Shown piece by piece: positions 17,667 through 23,040 of a DNA stretch of 23,040 bases. This DNA comes from an uncultured Erysipelotrichaceae bacterium (GTDB lineage Bacteria; Bacillota_I; Bacilli_A; Erysipelotrichales; Erysipelotrichaceae): NCBI GenBank assembly GCA_964457525.1, contig CAYWGS010000016.1, positions 1 through 23,040 on the forward strand, read 5' to 3'. Position 1 is the stretch's first letter. Every line of letters begins with the position of its first letter. The notes beneath the pieces were generated by a model, which was not told the DNA's origin, made no database searches, and saw only the letters and a program-made list of their open reading frames with translations. Both the position numbers and the translations under genes were made by a program.

Positions 17667-17846
17667 ATGGAAGCAGTTCTTTACTTAGCGGCTTTAGGTG
17701 GTTTCTATGGTTTGGTTTATTTCTTAAATCATAAGACTCCTCGTCCTGAAGGGTGTGAAGATATTGAAGCAACTTGTAGTTCATGCTCATTAGGTCATTG
17801 TGGAAATCATCCTTCCCAACAAATTAAGGAGATAAAAAATGCTTAG
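17667..17846 (+). CDS. Unlisted 59-aa single-pass membrane protein with a C-x6-C-x2-C-x4-C cluster
   Basis: MEAVLYLAALGGFYGLVYFLNHKTPRPEGCEDIEATCSSCSLGHCGNHPSQQIKEIKNA. The ATG is 1 nt after the rnfA stop, and the TAG overlaps the rnfB start by 8 nt. It fills an otherwise unexplained 173-nt gap and is below the ORF-track size cutoff. The RBS is weak. Confidence 0.5.
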   Translation: MEAVLYLAALGGFYGLVYFLNHKTPRPEGCEDIEATCSSCSLGHCGNHPSQQIKEIKNA

Positions 17847-18144
17847 TGCAAGTTTAATGATGTTAGTTCTCGGCGCTGCTTTAGGACTATTATTAGCGAT
17901 TGCTGGTAAATTCCTTTATGTAGAAGTGGATACTCGTGTAGAACAAATTACTGGTATGTTACCTGGTTATAACTGTGGTGCTTGTGGTTACCCTGGATGT
18001 GCAGGTTTAGCTGAAGCATTAGTTAATGGTGAAGCTAAGAGTCCTACTCAATGTAAGCCATCTACAGAAGCTCATCGTACACGTATTACGACATTCATGG
18101 AAACAGGTGTCGATCCTCAAGCTGAAACAGCACATGCTCATTAA
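17839..18144 (+). CDS. rnfB: Rnf complex subunit B, minimal form (TM helix plus N-terminal Fe-S domain only)
   Basis: TM helix, then LPGYNCGACGYPGCAGLAEAL...C, the C-x2-C-x4-C-x16-C RnfB N-terminal Fe-S domain. No CxxCxxCxxxCP ferredoxin motifs follow. AAGGAG RBS, and a strong terminator sits immediately after. Confidence 0.8.
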   Translation: MLSASLMMLVLGAALGLLLAIAGKFLYVEVDTRVEQITGMLPGYNCGACGYPGCAGLAEALVNGEAKSPTQCKPSTEAHRTRITTFMETGVDPQAETAHAH

Positions 18145-18146
18145 TT

Positions 18147-18178
18147 AGACAAACTTTAAAAAGTTTGTCTTTTTTTTT
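18147..18178 (+). terminator. Strong rho-independent terminator ending the rnf operon
   Basis: AGACAAACTT-TAAA-AAGTTTGTCT perfect 10-bp stem followed by T8. Confidence 0.85.
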
Positions 18179-18229
18179 ATTTCTTTCAGGTTATTCTATT
18201 TTTTACTCATATATATGAATGAGGTTGAT

Positions 18230-18583
18230 ATGAAAGGGATAATTCAAGCGTATGCATTGTTTGTGTTGTTGATGGGAATTGCTTTAGGATACATGCTTTA
18301 TATTCGAATTGATGAGATGCAATACATGGCACGAATGATTCTTAATCAATCAGTACATGATTCGATGGTAATGCTGGATAAAATGAGTATTGCTGAAAGA
18401 GAAGATCGATTAATTGAAGTTGTTAATGAGAATATCCAACTTAGAGATGAATATGGATTAATCAAACAGGTACAAGTATTGGGGTATCATTTAGAACCAC
18501 TTGCTTTACGTGTAAAGTTGACAGTTAAGTTATCAGATTATGAATGGAATTTTGATGAAACAATGATTGAGGTGGGTTCATGA
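18230..18583 (+). CDS. Membrane-anchored minor-pilin/TadE-like protein (first gene of the Tad-like operon)
   Basis: Start taken at the second ATG (18230), which has GAGGT 4 nt upstream. The product begins MKGIIQAYALFVLLMGIALGYMLYI, then a helix, then beta-rich sequence. It shares architecture and local similarity with the 21878-22216 product. Confidence 0.45.
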   Translation: MKGIIQAYALFVLLMGIALGYMLYIRIDEMQYMARMILNQSVHDSMVMLDKMSIAEREDRLIEVVNENIQLRDEYGLIKQVQVLGYHLEPLALRVKLTVKLSDYEWNFDETMIEVGS

Positions 18584-19284
18584 TAAAGAAGGATAAATTA
18601 TTATTTCTTGGTTTATTTGTTTGTATTATTTTTATTTCATTTGGTATAAGCACACTTTATATCAATCGTGAGCTAGAACTTGTAGAAGTCTATGTAGCGA
18701 AAGATACTCTTGTGGCTCGTACTTTAATTGATCATGACTCAATTACACTTATTAAGGTACCAAAAGCATATTTAAGTGAGAATGTTGTGATGGATAAAGA
18801 AGAAATGTTAGGGAAATATGTAAAGTTGAACACATCCATTCCTAAAGGGAGTCTCATGTATCAATCAAGCTTAGAATGGTTGGATGATGCGATTGATGAA
18901 CCAGCATTACTTCTTAACGCAAATCAAGCTGTATTTGCATTAGATGTGAATATGAGTAGTACTGCAGGTAATTCAATCCAAAAGGGTTCAAAGATTGATT
19001 TGTATGGAACCCTAAAAGTTAATCGAGAAACACTCGTTGATTTATTGTTTAAACAAGTAAGAGTTTTGAGTATTAAGGATAAGAATGGAAATGAAGTTAA
19101 TCAAGAAACCAATCAAGTTCCTAAAATTATGTTAATTGCAGTTGATCAGTATGAAATACCTATACTCACTAAGTTGATTGCGATAGGGGACTTAACCATT
19201 ACTCCAACATCAGAGTTCTTTAGTGATGAAGAATGTATTCTATATGAAGGATCAAGTTTATTAGGATATTTATATGCTCAATGA
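18580..19284 (+). CDS. CpaB/RcpC-like Flp pilus assembly protein (TM anchor plus SAF domain)
   Basis: N-terminal TM helix, then VYVAKDTLVARTLIDHDSITLIKVP (SAF-like). It also has GKYVKLNTSIPKGSLMYQSSL and AVFALDVN...IQKGSKIDLYGTL...VRVLSI, the CpaB block order. ATGA start/stop overlap with the previous gene. Confidence 0.68.
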   Translation: MIKKDKLLFLGLFVCIIFISFGISTLYINRELELVEVYVAKDTLVARTLIDHDSITLIKVPKAYLSENVVMDKEEMLGKYVKLNTSIPKGSLMYQSSLEWLDDAIDEPALLLNANQAVFALDVNMSSTAGNSIQKGSKIDLYGTLKVNRETLVDLLFKQVRVLSIKDKNGNEVNQETNQVPKIMLIAVDQYEIPILTKLIAIGDLTITPTSEFFSDEECILYEGSSLLGYLYAQ

Positions 19285-20278
19285 ATTTGATTTTGGTGTA
19301 ATTCAGAGATTAATTGATGATAATCAAATAACGGATATTAACTACAATGGCAAACAAATATGGGTGGATCATCTTCAAAAAGGAAGATATCCTGTAGAAC
19401 CCTTTATTGCACATGATGCGATTCAAGCACTCGTTTATAAGATTGCGAATTATGTAAATCTTCCATTTAATGCGACCAGTCCTGTATTGGAAGCTGAAAC
19501 AAGTGAACTCAGAATTAGTATCCTACATCCTAGTGTTTCTCGAGGTGGTTTAAGTTTATCCATACGGAAAACACCTTCTGTTTGTCGCTTGCATGATGAA
19601 ATAACGGGGATTAAACATTATGCACCAATTTGGGTTATTGAGTTCTTACAAGAAGCAATTCAAAACAGAAAAAATATTATGATAAGTGGTTTGCCAGGTT
19701 CTGGTAAGACAGAATTTGTTAAATACTTGATGGAGAGTATACCGGCCTTTCAACGAGTTATAACAATCGAAGATAGTTTAGAGTTGCGTTATGGAGATAT
19801 TCATCCAAAAAAAGATCATGTTATGTTAAAGGTTCATGAACACTTTAGTTACGAGAAAGCAATTAAAACGAGTCTTAGACAAAGACCAGATTGGATATGT
19901 GTCTCAGAGATAAGAGGAATAGAAATCATTTATCTCTTGCAAAGTATCTCGACTGGTACAAGTTTAATCAGTACCGTACATGCGGAAAGTGCATATGCAA
20001 TCCCGCATCGAATGATGGTTATGATGCCTGGAACAGACTTAAGTAATCAAAGCATTCATACCATGATACATGATAGTTTGGATTTTGGTGTTCATCTTGA
20101 AGTGGTGACAAGTTCTAGAGGGGTTCAGAGAAGGATTCGTGAAGTTGTTTATTATGATGTGAATGAAGCGTATGAAGGGAAGAAACTTACGATCTATCAA
20201 AAAAATGAGAAAAATAAAAGTATTAAATTTAAACAGTTTATGGAAGATAACCCATTTAATCGAGAATATAACACTTAA
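19274..20278 (+). CDS. TadA/CpaF-family type IV filament secretion ATPase (T2SSE/VirB11 superfamily)
   Basis: Walker A GLPGSGKTE (nt 19688-19714), ITIEDSLEL, Walker B-like DWICVSEIRG, His box STVHA. The N-terminus ITDINYNGKQIWVD is typical of CpaF/VirB11 N-domains. At 334 aa it is short for CpaF. Confidence 0.88.
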   Translation: MLNEFDFGVIQRLIDDNQITDINYNGKQIWVDHLQKGRYPVEPFIAHDAIQALVYKIANYVNLPFNATSPVLEAETSELRISILHPSVSRGGLSLSIRKTPSVCRLHDEITGIKHYAPIWVIEFLQEAIQNRKNIMISGLPGSGKTEFVKYLMESIPAFQRVITIEDSLELRYGDIHPKKDHVMLKVHEHFSYEKAIKTSLRQRPDWICVSEIRGIEIIYLLQSISTGTSLISTVHAESAYAIPHRMMVMMPGTDLSNQSIHTMIHDSLDFGVHLEVVTSSRGVQRRIREVVYYDVNEAYEGKKLTIYQKNEKNKSIKFKQFMEDNPFNREYNT

Positions 20279-20282
20279 AGAT

Positions 20283-20990
20283 TTGACTGTAATTATTTCT
20301 GAGATACTTGTCATTATGCTATTTGGTACTGTGTTTAAATTACCCAATACTTATCAACTAATTCTATTAGGACTATCTTTTATACTTACTCCATTCTTTA
20401 TGCATTATCAGATGCGATGGAAAGAGGAGGAACAAGCCTTCTATGAATTGACGGACTTCCTTCAACAATTCTTAGTTAGTTTTAAACAACATCCTAAGAT
20501 TTATGCATCGCTTCTTGAATCAAGACCGAATACAACAGGAGTTCTAAGAGAACAAGTTGATTGCTGGATAAATCAGCTTGAAATGGGTGTTTACCCTAAA
20601 GAGAGTGCACAAAATTTTGTTAATAAGCAATCTCACTTTATTGTTTCAAACCTCATTCATTTAATGTTAGCGGTAGAGAACTATGGAACATTCAACTACA
20701 TCGAGGGATTAGAAATCATACAGAATGATATCGAAGACTGGATAGAAGATACGACAATCTTCAAGAACGAACAAAAGAGCACAAAGAATCGAATACAGAT
20801 ACTAGCATTATTAGCGTGTGGTATCGCTTGGATTTCACACAATATGTTATTTAAAACAGGATTAATTGAGACCATGAATTTCTATTACTTTAGTTTGTTT
20901 GTGTTCTTGGTCTTGGTACTATTAACACTATTCTTCTCATATAAACTAATCTCAGTCCCATGGATTGATGCGAGTGAGAATCTATGTTGA
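20283..20990 (+). CDS. TadB-like platform protein (single T2SSF-type domain); start uncertain
   Basis: N-terminal TM helices, then a roughly 130-aa helical cytoplasmic block (FYELTDFLQQFLVSFKQ...LESRP...), then C-terminal TM helices. The position is right for TadB. The track start (20163) would overlap tadA by 116 nt. TTG at 20283 and ATG at 20316 are the non-overlapping options, and neither has a good RBS. Confidence 0.55.
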   Translation: MTVIISEILVIMLFGTVFKLPNTYQLILLGLSFILTPFFMHYQMRWKEEEQAFYELTDFLQQFLVSFKQHPKIYASLLESRPNTTGVLREQVDCWINQLEMGVYPKESAQNFVNKQSHFIVSNLIHLMLAVENYGTFNYIEGLEIIQNDIEDWIEDTTIFKNEQKSTKNRIQILALLACGIAWISHNMLFKTGLIETMNFYYFSLFVFLVLVLLTLFFSYKLISVPWIDASENLC

Positions 20991-21730
20991 AGTATCTAGC
21001 CATTCTATGCTTAATGATTTGGGTATTCTTTGACGATAAGGTGTTTGAATTAACACACTACAAGTCCACAAAGTTTATTCAAATCGAAAAGATATTAGGT
21101 TATGAGTGTAATGAAAAATGGTATAAAGATCGATATTTCAAAATAAAGATAATTCGCTATTTAATTTTGTTAGTACTTGTATACGACCCTAAGATTGTTT
21201 TAATTACAGTATTTATTCTATGTTTATTGATTTATTTCTATCCTGTATTAAAACTTAACCAATTCGCTAAATTAAAAATAAGAAGTATTCAATATCACTT
21301 TCCAATTTACTTAAGACAGATTCAAGTATTACTTCAAAATAATACAGTTGTTCGATCAATTGAATTATCCCTAGAATATGTACCTAAAGTATTAAAACCT
21401 GATATTGAACGATTAAATGAGTTAATCAAAGAAGATCCAATGAATAGTCACCATTACATTAATTGCATGAAAGACTACGATTTGATTGAAATACAACGAT
21501 CGATGAAATGGCTTTACCGATACCAGAACTTTGGCTATAAAGATGCGTATTCGCAATTTAATCGTATGTTAATGTCTACATCTAAATGGCTTAGACAATC
21601 ACGAATTGAACAGAAACAGAGTTCAATTCAAGTGTATCAGTGGATGGGAATGTTACCACTTCTTGGTGTAACATTCGTATTTATATCTGCGATGATGAGT
21701 GTTGTAATCTCATTATTTGAAAGGGGGTGA
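20984..21730 (+). CDS. TadC-like platform protein (single T2SSF-type domain)
   Basis: Same architecture as the previous gene. HFPIYLRQIQVLLQNNTVVRSIELSLEYVP resembles the T2SSF helical core. The final TM helix is MGMLPLLGVTFVFISAMMSVVISL. It overlaps the upstream stop by 7 nt. Confidence 0.55.
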   Translation: MLKYLAILCLMIWVFFDDKVFELTHYKSTKFIQIEKILGYECNEKWYKDRYFKIKIIRYLILLVLVYDPKIVLITVFILCLLIYFYPVLKLNQFAKLKIRSIQYHFPIYLRQIQVLLQNNTVVRSIELSLEYVPKVLKPDIERLNELIKEDPMNSHHYINCMKDYDLIEIQRSMKWLYRYQNFGYKDAYSQFNRMLMSTSKWLRQSRIEQKQSSIQVYQWMGMLPLLGVTFVFISAMMSVVISLFERG

Positions 21731-21731
21731 A

Positions 21732-21878
21732 ATGATGAAAGCATTTTTTGAAGAATATGGTTTAGTGTTAGTTGTGACAGTTATTGCGACAGGAATGATT
21801 CTTTTCTCTGAAGGGTTTAAAGAAACGATGCAAGATACGCTTGAGACACAATGGACACAAATGACAGAGATTAACTAA
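21732..21878 (+). CDS. Unlisted 48-aa Flp-like pilin
   Basis: MMKAFFEEYGLVLVVTVIATGMILFSEGFKETMQDTLETQWTQMTEIN. It has an EYGL-plus-hydrophobic core like the Flp motif. AAAGGGGG RBS lies just upstream. TAATG overlap with the next gene. It is below the ORF-track cutoff. Confidence 0.55.
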   Translation: MMKAFFEEYGLVLVVTVIATGMILFSEGFKETMQDTLETQWTQMTEIN

Positions 21879-22216
21879 TGAAGGGGGCATTTGAAACCGT
21901 TATCGTTATGATCTTTGGGATGATGTTTATGGTGATGGGTATTGATTACATGAGAGTAATTCTTCTTAACAACAAGGCTCGTTTATATGCTGAAAACATT
22001 CTAGCGATCGTTGAGAATCAGAATCGTTATGATGCGGATGTAGATGAATTGATTCGTTTAAGTGAGATTCAATGTTCCGTATGTACGTATCAAGTAGAAG
22101 AACATATTGAAGTTGAAAAGCGTTTATGGATTACTGTCACTTATCCAATTGAAATGAATCATTTGAATTACTTTACTTTATCCAAGATAAGATTATTAAC
22201 TAGACCAATCGCTTAG
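21878..22216 (+). CDS. TadE-like minor pilin/pseudopilin
   Basis: The product begins MKGAFETVIVMIFGMMFMVMGI, a short polar start followed by a hydrophobic helix with an early Glu. It lies directly after the pilin gene, as tadE does in Tad loci. Confidence 0.5.
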   Translation: MKGAFETVIVMIFGMMFMVMGIDYMRVILLNNKARLYAENILAIVENQNRYDADVDELIRLSEIQCSVCTYQVEEHIEVEKRLWITVTYPIEMNHLNYFTLSKIRLLTRPIA

Positions 22217-22239
22217 TGCAGGAAACTGCACTTCTTTAT
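22215..22239 (+). terminator. Terminator-like hairpin ending the Tad-like operon
   Basis: AGTGCAG-GAAA-CTGCACT at 22215-22232, followed by TCTTTAT. The U-tract is imperfect. Confidence 0.5.
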
Positions 22240-22247
22240 GCTAAAAT
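22239..22247 (+). promoter_or_regulatory. Extended -10 element placed for a leaderless coaX transcript
   Basis: TGcTAAAAT at 22239-22247 ends 6 nt before the ATG at 22254. No Shine-Dalgarno is present. Confidence 0.35.
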
Positions 22248-22253
22248 AGAATT

Positions 22254-23018
22254 ATGTTATTAACCATTGATATAGGAAACTCGAATATAGTTTGTGTTGT
22301 TTACTCAGATTCAAAAGAAAAGCTTTATGATGCACGATATGAAACGATAAAGGAAGATGTGAAAAGTGCGTATAGAGTCTTCGTACAAGATCAGTTATTT
22401 CCTTTAAAGGATAAATTTAATTTAGAAGCATTTATCGTAAGTAGCGTGGTCCCGTCCGTTGATCAAGTATTTTTTGATACGGTTGAATCTGTATTAGAGA
22501 TAAAAGGGTATAAATGCAATACCGATACAGTAAGTGAATTAGAGATTTTATTAACGAATCCTAAAGAGTTAGGTGCTGATTTTATTGCAACAACCTATGG
22601 TGCAATGTCGAAGTATAACACCCCATTGATCGTGGCTGATTTAGGATCTGCAACAAAGTTAAGCGCAATTAATGATAAGCATCAGTTTGCGGGTGGAATA
22701 ATTATGCCAGGTTTAAGAATCTCTCAAGATGCTTTAAACAAGTTCATTCCTCATTTACCAACAATTCCTCTAGAGGTTCCAGAATCTGTTCTAGGGATAG
22801 ACACAATAACTGCGATGCAAGCTGGATTGATGTTCTCTACGATTGATTCAATTACAGGAATTGCGGATCGTATTGAAAAAGAGTTTGGTCAAAAGTGTAC
22901 TAAAATCTTAACAGGTGGGTTATCTGTATTGATTAAAGATCATACTGAAACCTTTGTATATGAACCTTTTCTATTAAATGAAGGTTTATTTGATATCTAT
23001 CAAAAATTAGTTAAATAA
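22254..23018 (+). CDS. coaX: Type III pantothenate kinase
   Basis: MLLTIDIGNSNIV (the DIGNT/S motif), ADLGSATK and GGIIMPG blocks typical of CoaX. Length is 254 aa. Confidence 0.92.
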   Translation: MLLTIDIGNSNIVCVVYSDSKEKLYDARYETIKEDVKSAYRVFVQDQLFPLKDKFNLEAFIVSSVVPSVDQVFFDTVESVLEIKGYKCNTDTVSELEILLTNPKELGADFIATTYGAMSKYNTPLIVADLGSATKLSAINDKHQFAGGIIMPGLRISQDALNKFIPHLPTIPLEVPESVLGIDTITAMQAGLMFSTIDSITGIADRIEKEFGQKCTKILTGGLSVLIKDHTETFVYEPFLLNEGLFDIYQKLVK

Positions 23019-23040
23019 TTTGGCTTAACTACTTTACTTT

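Noticed and set aside
20163-20282. The long N-terminal extension of the TadB-like ORF (MKRMKGRNLRSIKKMRK...) overlapping tadA by 116 nt, with an A7 tract at 20199-20205. This could suggest frameshifting or a fusion.
   Set aside because: The extension is a lysine/arginine-rich translation of A-rich sequence in the alternative frame of the well-supported ATPase C-terminus. There is no RBS and no evidence of slippage. The start was moved to 20283 (TTG) or 20316 (ATG) and remains uncertain.
966-20347. Antisense or embedded ORFs in the track: 966-1217(-), 1205-1393(-), 1956-2165(-), 3741-3926(-), 4826-5044(-), 5474-5665(+), 6168-6353(-), 6731-7099(+), 9785-10135(-), 11590-11775(-), 12205-12435(+), 14733-14939(-), 15060-15428(-), 20039-20347(-).
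   Set aside because: Each lies wholly inside a longer gene with clear family motifs, either on the opposite strand or in another frame. Their products are low-complexity with no recognisable motifs or RBS. They are typical shadow ORFs of AT-rich DNA.
20984-21730. Whether the 248-aa membrane protein could be the missing prepilin peptidase. Its N-terminal WVFFDDKVFELTH is vaguely like the first Asp motif of A24 peptidases.
   Set aside because: No second catalytic motif (GGGDxK-like) is present. The central helical soluble block and terminal TM helix fit a T2SSF/TadC platform protein better.
21717-21731. A possible TTG-initiated extension of the pilin ORF (LKGGEMMKAFFEEYGL) that would supply a Gly-containing leader.
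   Set aside because: This stretch is the GGGGG Shine-Dalgarno and the last codons plus stop of the TadC-like gene. Cleavage after GG would put the EY motif at +8/+9, not at the canonical +5/+6. It is kept only as an alternative to test.
18145-22253. The Tad-like locus as a mobile genomic island.
   Set aside because: No integrase, transposase, tRNA target, flanking direct repeats or inverted repeats could be seen. Only a compositional impression supports foreign origin, so it is not called a mobile element.
1-23040. CRISPR arrays, tRNA/rRNA genes, toxin-antitoxin pairs and restriction or other defence genes.
   Set aside because: None were recognised. There are no spaced direct repeats and no cloverleaf-capable segments in the intergenic gaps, which are all short and explained by promoters and terminators. 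No defence-type domains appear in any ORF.

Overview
Low-GC chromosomal window from a Bacillota/Mollicutes-like genome. It uses the standard code: TGA ends several tightly coupled genes and Trp is TGG. Most of it is ordinary housekeeping. In order: a 3' gene fragment, rpmB, a bare ftsA-ftsZ pair, glutamine-dependent NAD synthetase, an AI-2E permease, type III glutamine synthetase, an Nfu-like/YuiD-like pair, an S1-domain protein overlapping pgi, and a tandem HD-GYP protein. Two regions deserve attention. (1) An ApbE lipoprotein gene sits divergent from an rnfCDGEAB operon with three oddities: RnfD carries an extra C-terminal FMN_bind domain, an unlisted 59-aa Cys-rich membrane ORF lies between rnfA and rnfB, and RnfB is only 101 aa with no ferredoxin domains. 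(2) Between the rnfB terminator and coaX lies a compact, translationally coupled seven-gene Tad/Flp-like (type IVc) filament operon. Its genes are a minor-pilin-like protein, a CpaB-like protein, a TadA/CpaF ATPase, TadB-like and TadC-like proteins, an unlisted 48-aa Flp-like pilin, and a TadE-like protein. It has no TadZ/CpaE and no prepilin peptidase, and the pilin has almost no leader. All homology calls come from reading motifs by eye; no searches were run. No rRNA, tRNA, CRISPR array, transposase or integrase was recognised.
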